From contig OZ076409.1 of assembly GCA_964187785.1 (NCBI GenBank), forward strand, positions 95,978,001-96,042,000: a stretch of 64,000 bases of DNA, given 5' to 3'. This document shows positions 8,577 through 19,273 of the stretch, piece by piece. Numbering within the stretch: position 1 is the first letter of the stretch; each line of letters starts with the position of its first letter. Below the pieces are notes generated by a model. It was not told the DNA's origin, did not search any database, and worked only from the letters and a program-made list of their open reading frames with translations. The position numbers and the translations under genes were made by a program. The DNA comes from Amphiscolops sp. MND2022. Taxonomy: Eukaryota.

Positions 8577-11500
8577 TTAGCTCAGGACGCTTGCTAGTTG
8601 ATCTCTCGCTCCCTCCCCCCATGAAGAAAGGACGGAAGAGAGGTCTGGACCTGGTATAGGTTTTAGTAATTGTGGGTCAGTCTGAGCACGCTTCTCGCTT
8701 TCCGATAATCCTTCTTCAGATATCTCAGTAGAGGACAAGAAGTTTTGAGCAAAAGAACTATATTCGGAACTCGTTTCGTTTAACCACTCTTCGGTATAAA
8801 CTCTATTAACTTGTTCAAACAAAGGTTTATCAATTTCGGTTGCCGTGTCGGCAGCCACAGGTTGTAACACAAAGTTTGTAGGTTCTGCCTTACCGAGGAC
8901 AGTTTTGGTTTGAATGGTTACGTTTTCAGAGGGGGTAGTGTTTCGTAGGGCTATGAAGACAATGCCTTCATCTCCAACAGACGTCAATGTATCTTCTGAA
9001 ACAAAGGGGGATCGTTTATATACCCCCTGGGGGCGAATCATTACGTTTCGGAAAAGGTACTCGTTGTGCTTTTGAGAAATAACTTGGGCTCGTACTAGCT
9101 TACGCTCGTAAGGGCCTAGGACTACTTTTTCGGTGGATATCACTAGGGATGGCTCATGATCACTTACCTCATGGACGGGTTTGAAGTGGCGTGGCGCTTT
9201 GGGGTCTCGTATGGTGACCCTCATGGCCGTCAAGTCCACGAGAACGTTGTAAGTGCGCAAGAAGTTTCTGCCAAGTAGGAAGTCTTCCGCGCCTAGGTGA
9301 TCGGCAATGACTATGAAATTGGTTCGGAGGGTATATCCGCCCAACTGGAAGCTAACATTTTCGGCAATTCCGATGGTGTTGATGGTTTTACCATTGGCGG
9401 CATACAGTTGGATGTCATATGGTAGGAGGCTCAAGGCGTGGGGTGATGCAATTTTTTGATAGGCTTTGAGGGAGAGAATGGAGACACCGGAACCGGTGTC
9501 TATCATCCCGTACAAGGGTATTGGTTCCTGGATCGTGTTGCCAAAGGCAACCACCAGGGATGCCCGTTCGTCAATACGAGCCTCCCCCTGGGCATCTTGC
9601 ACTCCGATGTTATAACATCGTAACTCCTGGCGGCCCAAGTACAATCCCTGAGGGAAGTGACCTTCTAAGACTACGATAGCGTCAAATTTCATGTCTACAC
9701 CGTCTACGTTAATGGCTACCGGCACCGGAGAAACGGTCTTAACTTTCTGTATTGGGGCCAGTTTCGTTTCGTCTTCTCTCGCGAAATGTGGGAGCGGTCG
9801 CGTTGCGAAAGTATATTTCACGTTTCTGCATAATTCCTCCTTTAGTTGCGATAGCGTCAGCGTGGGTCGCGTTTTTTGTTCGGCCGAGAGAAGCAAGTGT
9901 ATCGAGATAAGTGTCTCTGTGCAATCTGGGGCGGGTGCCTCTAGTGTGGTGAGTACTTGTTTCTCGCCACAAGTGACTACTACAGGTCGGGAGGGACCCC
10001 CATCTTCCGCTACTGATATTACCCGGACTTGGTCGTCTTGGCTCAGGCCATCGAATTGACTTGGTGAAGGAGCATACCACGCTGCACGAATTTGTTCTTC
10101 GTGACTCATTTGCTCCGAGGCCATGCATTCTGACGCCGAGTGCTCAGTACGGCCGCAATTAATGCAGAAGGCAACTGTGCCTTGGGTTGGTAGGGATGCT
10201 GGGAAAACATCATAGTTCAAGCCATGTGGCTGGGAGGGGCACACCCAACTGCCTGTCGGGTTCGTGTGACAGGAGTTCACTTGCTGTTGTACCGGCTTCC
10301 GTGCACGGTCTTTCAGGGGGCAGTCCACCACGAAGTGCGATGGGTCTCCGCAGTTGAAGCACGCTCTTTGGGGTTGCTGTCGATAGGCTGCCGGTGGCAT
10401 GGGTTGTTGTTGGTATGCTGCTGGTTGGGGAGGCTGTTGTTGTTGCATTTTTTGGGCAGGCGCGGGTGCTACTGGAGACTGATTTGGTTGTTGGATGTTG
10501 GCTTGTTGTTGTGGAGGGGGCATCATTGGGTAGTTGTCCGAACGAGTTGAGCCTCGCATGCGTAAGTATTGTTGTACTGTGAAGCGGAGGGCTTCCACTG
10601 TTGGCGGGGTTTCCACGTATTGTTCCGGTGCATACATTAGCGCGAGGTTCCTTTTTAGTTCGAAGTTGCGTACTCCCTCAATGAATCTTTGCATGATTTC
10701 GTATCGACGAACTGTCACCTCTTCATTGGGGTAACCTTGACTACGCAGGCCTTCGAGGGCGTCAAGGTATTGCATGTAGTCCTCCTCGCTATTCTGGTTG
10801 CGGGTTCTAAATTGCTGTTGGATGTGGATTTTGCTGGAACCTGTTCCAAAGCGACGCGCCAGCAACGCGAATACTTTTTCGTCAGTGTCCCTCTCGGCTT
10901 CGGACTTATTCGTGATGTAATCTCTGGCTTCATGCTCTAGATACTCAATTATTGTCCACGCTTTATCGAGGGGGGTCGCCTTAGGGTGTGCTTTTTCCAA
11001 ATGGCGTTTCATCAACATCATCCATCCATCTGCGTTTCCGTCTCGGGTTCCTCTATATTTCGTGGGCTTGTTTTTAGATTCCTTGGCGGCGAGCAACGGC
11101 TCCAAGCCTTTAGACATGGCCGTAGATATTGCTTCCGCTAGTGCTTGTCGTTGGGTAGTTCTTGGCGTGTCTGGGGTCTCTTCTGTCATTGAGGGCATTT
11201 CTTCAATATCGCTATGTTCGCCTTTGCCTTGTTCCAGATTCCGCTTGTTTGTCATCTTACGCTGCGTACTGGTGGCCACTGGCCGCGGAACGAAGTCTCT
11301 GAACGTCTGCGGTCGCGCAGGTGGGCGGAATGCTGCGCTGGAATCGGCCGTATAGTAGCTGGTCCTGCGGGTGTTCGTTTCGTCGGCGGCGGAATGAAAG
11401 TTGCCGGAGGTTGATGTTCCGCGAGCGTACTGGTCAAACGACGGCGGGTCAGTCATTGGGTCCGTACCTGCGTCTCGTGATTCCGTGTGGGTTACTTTAG

Positions 11501-12959
11501 CCATCTTGCTAGCTTTAGACAGGTCACGCCTGTACGTTGCGGGTGGCACTAGTTTTGGAGGCCTAGGAGGCTCCACTGTGTGCTGTGCCACCGTCCTATA
11601 ATGAGGTTGGGGAGCTTCGCTTGTAGATGGCATTTCGGTCTGTTGATATTTTTGGGGAATCCGCGGCGCCGTTTGTGCTTGCTGCGCGGGGGTTTGCGAC
11701 ACGATTGCTTTCACTCCCAATGTCAAATCTTGCATTGCCATCATCAAGTCCGTCATGCGGACATTGGAGTCTATGTCGCGGCGCTGCATCGTGTTTGTCA
11801 TTGCTTTCATGCGTTCATCCGCTTGGCGGTCTCTTTCTCTCATTATTGCAGACATCTCGGCCATGCGAGCGTCCGCTGTAGTTTCTCTCTGTTTAATCAG
11901 ATCATTGAGAGATGCCATTGACGCTTCTAGTCGACCTTGATTTTGTCGCCCTTCCGCTTGCATTTCCAACAGACCTCTTCGTAGCTCGTCCATGTCCCTC
12001 ATTATCATGTCGGCGCGCATCTCATGTTCGTTGTTTTCCCTCGCCAGCCTCGTCTGGACTTGAGCTAGCTGAGCCAGACTACTCTGAAAGTCTTCCCGAA
12101 CTGTTTGCATTTCCTTCCTTGCTTTGGTTATTGTTGAGTCAAGATTGGTGTCGGCGCTAGCTTGAGAGTCTGGCGTGTGAGACGTTCGACTCGCATTCGC
12201 ATAGTTAATCTTTGGTGTTACCGAGGGTGGCGTTCGAAAAACATATCTTAACGGATTCTCTGTTATGTTCGTCTTCGAGTTCTCCACTGGCCCGTTTGAC
12301 GTTTTCGCCGGTGCTTCCGGTAGCGCATATCCGCTTCGGAAGGGATTCCCGCCTACGCTATTGATCATCTCCTGGGAACCCAGGGGGTTCCTTTCGACTT
12401 CCGCCGTCCGTGGGTCCGCCCGTGGAGTCATTGGAGTGTCATTTTGTTCGTTGGGGGTATCAACAATGCTGGGCTCACTGGTGGGCCCTTGGTTGGAGTT
12501 TGGCCAGTTTTCCAAGCTGTAGTCAGTGACTTCCAGCGGAGGCCATGTATTTCTTTGCGTAGTGTTCTCAGTATTATCCGGTAGATTGGTGCTATCGGGG
12601 GAGGCTCGCGAGGAGTTAGGCTGGCTAGTGGCAACGGCTATCTCCGCGTTTTGTTCCTGGCTCGGTACGAAGTCAGACATAGCTTCTGAAATTACGGCTG
12701 CTATGGCTGAATCTAATCTACATTCGTTTTGTTCGGTTGTGGTTTCCGTTCTTCTTCCGAAAGGGTTGGTGGCATGGAAGTCGCTCATGGTGGCGTTAGT
12801 CTCGCGTTGTTCCATGGCCACGAAATGTAATATTTTGGCTTCCACTGCGTGTGAAGCTTCCACTATATAGTCGACAAAATTAAAGGTAACAAAAAAAATT
12901 TTTTTTTTGAGGAGTTTGGGAACAATGGGTGGGCTGATTCGGGGACAATGGGTGGACAA
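8577..12959 (-). CDS. gag: Element A Gag-protease (coiled coil, capsid, CCHC knuckles, DTG protease); same frame as Pol, split by one TAA
   Basis: CFNCGDPSHFVVDC, CINCGRTEHSASEC, IDTGSG..FLLGRNFL. SVLS*YDDLFMK aligns with NILNEFDDLFMK of element C. Likely ATG at 12815. Confidence 0.93.
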   Translation of the reverse strand: MSTHCPRISPPIVPKLLKKKIFFVTFNFVDYIVEASHAVEAKILHFVAMEQRETNATMSDFHATNPFGRRTETTTEQNECRLDSAIAAVISEAMSDFVPSQEQNAEIAVATSQPNSSRASPDSTNLPDNTENTTQRNTWPPLEVTDYSLENWPNSNQGPTSEPSIVDTPNEQNDTPMTPRADPRTAEVERNPLGSQEMINSVGGNPFRSGYALPEAPAKTSNGPVENSKTNITENPLRYVFRTPPSVTPKINYANASRTSHTPDSQASADTNLDSTITKARKEMQTVREDFQSSLAQLAQVQTRLARENNEHEMRADMIMRDMDELRRGLLEMQAEGRQNQGRLEASMASLNDLIKQRETTADARMAEMSAIMRERDRQADERMKAMTNTMQRRDIDSNVRMTDLMMAMQDLTLGVKAIVSQTPAQQAQTAPRIPQKYQQTEMPSTSEAPQPHYRTVAQHTVEPPRPPKLVPPATYRRDLSKASKMAKVTHTESRDAGTDPMTDPPSFDQYARGTSTSGNFHSAADETNTRRTSYYTADSSAAFRPPARPQTFRDFVPRPVATSTQRKMTNKRNLEQGKGEHSDIEEMPSMTEETPDTPRTTQRQALAEAISTAMSKGLEPLLAAKESKNKPTKYRGTRDGNADGWMMLMKRHLEKAHPKATPLDKAWTIIEYLEHEARDYITNKSEAERDTDEKVFALLARRFGTGSSKIHIQQQFRTRNQNSEEDYMQYLDALEGLRSQGYPNEEVTVRRYEIMQRFIEGVRNFELKRNLALMYAPEQYVETPPTVEALRFTVQQYLRMRGSTRSDNYPMMPPPQQQANIQQPNQSPVAPAPAQKMQQQQPPQPAAYQQQPMPPAAYRQQPQRACFNCGDPSHFVVDCPLKDRARKPVQQQVNSCHTNPTGSWVCPSQPHGLNYDVFPASLPTQGTVAFCINCGRTEHSASECMASEQMSHEEQIRAAWYAPSPSQFDGLSQDDQVRVISVAEDGGPSRPVVVTCGEKQVLTTLEAPAPDCTETLISIHLLLSAEQKTRPTLTLSQLKEELCRNVKYTFATRPLPHFAREDETKLAPIQKVKTVSPVPVAINVDGVDMKFDAIVVLEGHFPQGLYLGRQELRCYNIGVQDAQGEARIDERASLVVAFGNTIQEPIPLYGMIDTGSGVSILSLKAYQKIASPHALSLLPYDIQLYAANGKTINTIGIAENVSFQLGGYTLRTNFIVIADHLGAEDFLLGRNFLRTYNVLVDLTAMRVTIRDPKAPRHFKPVHEVSDHEPSLVISTEKVVLGPYERKLVRAQVISQKHNEYLFRNVMIRPQGVYKRSPFVSEDTLTSVGDEGIVFIALRNTTPSENVTIQTKTVLGKAEPTNFVLQPVAADTATEIDKPLFEQVNRVYTEEWLNETSSEYSSFAQNFLSSTEISEEGLSESEKRAQTDPQLLKPIPGPDLSSVLSSWGEGARDQLASVLS

Positions 12960-13489
12960 TGGATTGGAAATAATCTGGGGTTTGATTGGGAGTGTGTGGT
13001 TTAAGTATCGAGTGATGGCCTGGTCTATGGCTTTATGGCTCGTGGGTGAAGGGGTTACAACGATATGGATGATTTTCCCTGTCCTTGTTCTAGTTTCTCT
13101 ACGCGTTCCGCAAACCTGGTCTGTAATTGTTTTGATATTCTCAGGCGCACTCTCGCACCCTCAGGGTATGCGAGGCGTAGAGTCGGGGTGGTTATGGCGA
13201 GTAAATTGCACCTAGGCGACCTTAGCGGCGGAAAAGAAGTGAATTTCAATTTTTGGAGTTACCGTCTTTTGGTCTCGTAGAGCGTTTAGTGGAAGATCGT
13301 TGATCTTGGGGTTAACTTTATATGGATTTTATAGGTTCGGTAAGGCGTGTGGGACTTGCTCGATGCGTTAAACAGGTGGTTTCAGCCCTGAATGGGGTGT
13401 ATCAGGATTGGGAATGCTTGGGTTTTCTATTAATTTTTACTCAAAATCTTGTTTTTCTCATCAAGCAGTACCTCCGGGGAAGGTGAAAA

Positions 13490-14450
13490 TCACTTCTAGT
13501 GGTGCTAGCGACCTGAAAATTTCACACCGCCTAGTACACTAGCTGAATCGTGGGGAACGAGCTTCCGATTGCGTTAAAATTGATTCTGCGTGTGTCACGG
13601 CCACTTAACAATGTTCACTGAGAAATTGGCTATGTCGCGAATTTCGCAAAAAGTGGTCAAACTCGCCTTCTAGGCGTCCTAGCTATCTGAAATTTTGTAT
13701 GCGAGCGTGAATTATGCCCACGTAACAGAAAAATAAGTTAGCAGGGTGCCCAGGTCAATATTTCGCAATCCGAGTCGACAAAACTATGATGTACCCTGTA
13801 TGTCACTTTCAGGGGCTAAAATTCACAAAATTGTCAATTTCTTTAAGTTGGGTAGTAGCCGGCTGCTCAAATTGCACAAATCGTCGTGATCTAATGCCGT
13901 GGGCACGAAAATGCAAGAATTTTAGTACTGGGGTACCCTCGAGGTATTGTACTATGCTCAACTAAAATTCAATTTTTTCGACATTTTCGGATCATTTTTG
14001 AGCAAAACTGCGGCTAAGATTTCTCGATCACTAATAATGGTAGCGCTACGAAAATTACACCACTAACGTAACTTTTTGCGGTCTACACGATGGTGCAATC
14101 CGTTTTGGGCTAATCCTGCTAGGAGAGATTTCGACCTGTACTGGAAGCACTACTCTAGTGTTCCGAAAATGTCACAAAAATAACACGTTTTTGGCTATTT
14201 CTCGGCAACCACTGGTTGGAATCACTCGCGGTTTTCGGCGTTGGTAATCTAGTACTCTCTACTAACAGAAAATAAGCGAGCGAAACCTGGCAGGTTCCAG
14301 ATAGGGTCTCTCGAAATTGGTTTTAGGTTACACCTTGGACACTCTGGGAACACCTATGAAAAACACGTATTTTCCCTAGGAACTTTTTATTCTTCGGTTC
14401 CCAGAGGCTCGAAATGGTTTCAACAGTACAGTAGGAAGGTGTAACTGCTT
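13490..14450. repeat. Degenerate ~174-183 bp periodic repeat in element A leader
   Basis: Related motifs (e.g. ctgaaaatttcacacc, ctgaaattttgtatg) at ~13513, 13687, 13866, 14048, 14225, 14408. Confidence 0.6.
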
Positions 14451-15458
14451 TATTTAGGGGAGTGGGGTTCTTTCAATTATTATTTTTGATGTTATAGCTC
14501 TCAGGTCTATGGGGTCCTCTACTCAGGTCTATCTTAATGAAAGAAAAGTGGTGTTAAAACTTCAATTTATATTTGGGGTGTTCAAAAACCGTCTTGGTAG
14601 TAGTATTGCGTACTACCAAGCACAACAACAAAATTTTTTGGGCCTTTTAAGAGGCTTGGGAACAAACGCCCAAGGCTTCGCCCTTACCAAAATTGGTCAA
14701 AATGGCCAATTTTGCCTATTTTTGAACAAAAATCGCTGAAATTTTCATGTTTTCTTGAAAAATAGCCCAACAAAAACTTTTGTTCTCGACCTGGTAGGTC
14801 CGACAGAACGTTTTTCAGGTATTCCCACAGGCCGTAAACAATTCTATAAAATTTTGGCTTTCAAAACGGGAAATTTCGATATTTGAGCTGTTATTAGTGT
14901 CATTTTTGGCGTTTTCGAGCTCAAGTCCTTAAAATAACTGATGTAAATACCCTGTGGGTATTATTCACAGTTAATTTATGCAAAAACAGGCCTGGGAATA
15001 CTAATTTGGGGCTAGAAAACGTAAAGGGAACGAAATAACCCAGCTATTTTCGGTGAATGGGCACCAGGTGGGGAGGAAGAGGCTATGACGTGAAGCACCT
15101 GCAGTCCTGCACTCAGCTAGTTCGGGTCTTCACAAACCGTCCTCGCAGTCCCTGTACATTGCTAATTAGCTGAAAAGAAGCTGGAAAACCCGTTAAAACA
15201 CGTTCCGGATAAGCCGGAATAGCTCTTTTAATGAGTACAGATAAGGTACAAGGGGGTACACCGTTTCAAACTGTCTTTTTCAGGCTAGGGACCTCGGAAA
15301 CATGCAGGAAACGCAGGAAAAACACTAATATAAGGCCCAAAGGGCTAGAATAAAGCAATAAAAACAATCTAGGACTCTCCCAAAAGCTTCTCCTAGATCC
15401 GGACCTTTCAGGGCCGGAAAGCAGGAGTTGCTCCTCGCAGGACGCGGTAAGGAAAATT

Positions 15459-15476
15459 ATCCCTCTGTGGTCGCCA
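15459..15476 (-). promoter_or_regulatory. PBS of element A (tRNA-Arg-like)
   Basis: TGGCGACCACAGAGGGAT on -, identical to the element C PBS; resembles the complement of a tRNA-Arg 3' end (..GTGGTCGCCA). Confidence 0.85.
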
Positions 15477-15492
15477 TAAAAACTATTCCAGA

Positions 15493-16205
15493 TGTAACGT
15501 CCGGCTAGCGGCGCACATCTAGGAAGAGGGACAATGCCTAGGGTGCTTAAACAGGAGACCGTTGTCTTACTACACTCCTAAACACTAGTTTTTGATCCCA
15601 AAATGGTCTCCATGGGGGACTTTTCTAACGTCTAAGGAGGCTCCTCTAGTTAGAGCTCCGAGGCGACGTGCCGGCACTCTCAAAGTCCGGACACGCCCCA
15701 CAAGCCTGTAAAAACGTATCCTAAGGTTTTTAGCGCATTCCTGCTATCTCCTACATACTTCCGAGGTCCAAAAAGGTGTTTATCCGAAAAATGTCATTTC
15801 GACAGTTATGGGCATGAAATGCCGACCTAGAAGGTCAGGCATGGGAAAAATAACAAAACGCTTTAATATAAATTAACAAAATAAAGGGGGATAAGCCCCG
15901 AGTGGAAATACAGTTACTGTTTGTAGATTTTCGGGGATCCAGTCATGTAGTTCTAGAATGGCTCTGCTTTCCCAGGGATGACATAGCACCGGGTAGCGTT
16001 CTTCGAATTCTGTCCCGTGTGGATCTTCATGTCGTCAGTCGTCTACTTCTTTATCATCTCCTGTCGTTCTTCTTGTTCACGTGTTCTCTCTTTCATTTTT
16101 TATGGGCTTTAAGGACCTGCCAGGTCGGCCATTTTGATTCGCACATTTTTTGGTTCTTGATCGAATTTTTCATCGAAAATTTAGTGTTGACTGGTGGACG
16201 TTACA
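15493..16205 (-). repeat. 5' LTR of element A (713 bp)
   Basis: Terminal inverted repeat TGTAACGTCC...GGACGTTACA, next to the PBS. Confidence 0.88.
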
Positions 16206-16257
16206 TCATAAGCTTTATAAGCTGTCTCCTCGAACTGCCACACTTGTGACTTCTACT

Positions 16258-16345
16258 GCCACTTAGCATAGAGGTTAATTAGGATATTTTTTGATGTCTG
16301 CCAAGCAGAAGGACGTGGTTTCGAGTCCCGCACATGACCAAAATT
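16258..16345 (+). mobile_element. tRNA-like SINE head (degenerate)
   Basis: A-box-like TAGCATAGAGG and B-box-like GGTTTCGAGTCCC; a similar copy lies at ~58715-58780. Confidence 0.45.
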
Positions 16346-16655
16346 TTTTGTGCAGGTTTTTTCGGCTTTGTGAGACTTTTTTTCGCAAACTTTTTAAATG
16401 TCACCAAAGGGTCCCCCTTCATTTTTTTTCTATTTTGCAAAAGAATGGATGTTCAAAAACTCCCAAAGGCCCCCCTTTTAATTTTTTGGCACTATGCGAC
16501 TTACCGGGGACAAAACAAATTGAAAAAAATTTCGATTTTTTTTTCAATTTTTTCCTCACGCGGGTACTGTAGAAGAGAATACTTGACACATTGAAGTCCT
16601 TTTGCTATCTTTGAGCTTTAGATATGGCGCCGACTTGGGCCGTTCGCGGCTTGTT
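16345..16655 (+). mobile_element. DINE-1/HINE-like non-autonomous repeat, 3' part
   Basis: Ends TTGAGCTTTAGATATGGCGCCGACTTGGGCCGTTCGCGGCTTGTT; homologous to 53479-54075 and 63205-63674. Confidence 0.6.
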
Positions 16656-18789
16656 TTTCAATGTAGATTGTTAGAATCGATGCCAAATGATTCCACAGCT
16701 GTAATTTGTACGAGAAAAAGCAATTTGATCAAAAATAAGGATTTGAAAAAATGAATTTGAAAATTCCAATTTGATAGATTCAGAAGTTGAAGTGTTTAAA
16801 AGGTGTTTAAAATGCTTAAAAGGTGCAGAACCAAGTTTTTGCAGTTACTGAAACAAGTTTTACGCAGTCATAATTTAGCGAAAAATCGTTAAAAAGCAAT
16901 AAAAAATTCAAAAATTAAATTTACAAAAATTATTCAAAACTCGTACAAACTTCAAAGTTTGCACAAAACTCCCAAAAAATTTTTGAAAAAATTTTAGCCA
17001 ACTTATCAGAAACGTTTGATTTCTCTAAAACTTCACATGCTAAGTACCTATTTTTTTTCGTCCAAGTCTGGGTTATAAACTCCCCTTTTTCGAGTTTAGA
17101 AGCCGACCATTGTGGGAAAAACGCCGGCGGAGCGAAATATTTTTTATTCCGCAAATTAATATCCGAGAACTTTTATCGAGACATAATAATTTGTAATTGG
17201 AATTTTTTGTGTCCCATAGTCGAAAGTGCCGGGATTTTTTACATGCACGCAGGGTAATTTTTCATAAAACATAGAAACATAGAAAATTCAGACTGCACGC
17301 ATGAAAAAACTTGTGAAATTATGGTGCGGCTTGAAAAATCCTGGCAGCATTTCATTGCGCGTTGAAAAAAGTCGCTGCAGTTTTCAAAAGTTTTTGAGAA
17401 AAAGTCCCTGAATTTTTTTCCAGAACGCCAGCGCAAGCGTAAAAAAAGTACTTATAAACATAACAATGCACTGATTACAGGGCTAAGGCACCATTATAAC
17501 AATGCCATTCCCATGAGAGGTTTTTTTGTGAGAGGTCCCCAGGAATTCAACAGCAGGGAAAGAATCCAAATTTCTTGCAAGTCCGATGAGAAAATCATCT
17601 TCGTTATTTTGGTCTCACCTCTGAAATGGACCAACTTTCTGCAATTATTTGAACAACTTAACAGCAGCAAAAGCGAAGTTTACCACAAACATCTGAAATC
17701 TGAGCCCTTGCGGGTTTTTTCCAGTGGGGAGAAAGTTCTTTTGCAACTGTTTCAAGGTGTACACGAAGATATAAACTCCGCCCACGGGTTTCAGAGGCGA
17801 TTCATTTCCACGGAAATTAGCTCGACCAGTTCCGGGGACAAATCAAGTTCAGAAATAACTGTTTCGTGGGGGTCAGATCTCCATAGATTCATAGCCAAGA
17901 CTGAAGTGAAAACTCCTATGCATATTGTGGAGCTTATTGCGACATTGATACTTTCGTTGGAAAGAATTTGTAATCTTTACGGACGGTTTATCAAACAATG
18001 AGAAGCTTGTGAAAAAGAAATTTGCGAATTTTACTTGTTTTCTTGTAAAATGGGGTAAAACTTGGACAAAAGTGTTCAGATGTTTGCAAAATTATAAATT
18101 ATGAGACGTCCAATGTTACGAAATTATGAAACTTTCCAGTGTTCGAAAAAGAAAACAGACGAAAAAAAAACAGAATATTCTCGAAGAAAAATGTCTCTTA
18201 AAATCTGAAACCTAGTTTATGCATATATGCAAATAGGGTCCAAAACGGCTCTTTAAATTGTTATTTCATCAATTTTTTCGCAAGACCGAGAATATTTTGA
18301 AAAAAAGTCATAAATTCAGGCTAACCGCATTTTAGTCGTTAAAACAGAAACGAATATTGTCATAGTTCAATTTGAAAAGATACAAAAGTTCGACGCTGAC
18401 TAAATGCGAACTCAAGCCTGCTTCCAGGCAATTTTATTTACAAAAATTCTGCTGTGACGGTAATTCGCAAAAATGCTTTTTCCATCAAAGTATACGATAG
18501 TGTAAGAAAAGAACTGAACCCTTATTTGTAAGAAATAATTTGGACTGCATGTAAACAAAGCTAGCATTTTACATGGTGATTTTTTCATTCTCTATTCTAC
18601 TCATGATTTTAAGGGACTGGAAGGACAAATTGAATATCTAAGATAATGGGTATAATCGCCTTAATTAGCCGATTCTCCTGATATTAAGTTTATCGGTAAA
18701 AAAATCTAAAACCGAAAATATAATCAACAATCTCACGTATTAAGATAGTGAATTAAATTTATCTTCCGGTTTTTATTCTACGTGTACAA

Positions 18790-19014
18790 AGCCAAAAGGT
18801 CCCTTTTGGGTTTGGGTTCATATTCGGCACTGTGCGACTTTTGAAAACTTTTCGATTTTTTTGACGTGAAGAACGTTTTTTGTGTTCGAAAGGCTCACTT
18901 CTTATAATTTCTGCATTGTGAGTTTTTGCACATTTTTTTGATAACCAGTACTGAGTAGAACTTGAGAGAAAACACTTGATACATTTCGAGCCTTCAGCGG
19001 AGGGCCAACGTTAG
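18790..19014 (+). repeat. Degenerate copy of the same HINE-like repeat, interrupted by element B
   Basis: aaaaggtccc..ttcggcactgtgcgact..ttcgagccttcagcggagggccaacgttag continues as actgtcc after element B. Confidence 0.5.
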
Positions 19015-19205
19015 TGTAGAGAGTACAGACAATTAACTTAATTAGTCTATAAACTGTCTACTACATTTGTAATTGATGTTCTTTTATTTAAATACCTGCC
19101 ACCTAAGCGCAGATGATCTACCATCAGAAAGCTTGTATAGTAAGCTAGAAAACAATTGAGTTTTGTACTGAGATACTTCTTTAACCGTAAAGCTAGATTA
19201 CAACA
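19015..19205 (+). repeat. 5' LTR of element B
   Basis: Direct repeat of 24886-25076. Confidence 0.97.
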
Positions 19206-19216
19206 TGGCGCAGTCA
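19206..19216 (+). promoter_or_regulatory. PBS of element B (tRNA-Ser-like)
   Basis: TGGCGCAGTCA immediately after the LTR. Confidence 0.75.
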
Positions 19217-19273
19217 GAATAGCGTTCAAGCTATACACGATTCACACCAAAAAAGAGAAAGTAACCATTCAAT

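Larger units (their letters stand above)
1..16205 (-). mobile_element. Large Ty3/Gypsy LTR retrotransposon (element A), 3' part truncated by window edge
   Basis: 5' LTR 15493-16205, PBS, gag-PR-RT-RH-IN order, then an extra ORF running off the left edge. Confidence 0.95.

Noticed and set aside
8562..8579. Programmed stop-codon readthrough between gag-pro and pol in element A
   Set aside because: The TAA aligns with a sense Glu codon in element C, so a nonsense mutation is the simpler explanation.
16258..16345. Functional tRNA genes (also 27055-27085 and 58715-58780)
   Set aside because: Only A/B-box-like fragments; no complete cloverleaf could be folded.
17513..18001. 162-aa ORF as a gene
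   Set aside because: No recognisable motif; possibly a decayed repeat; cannot be supported.
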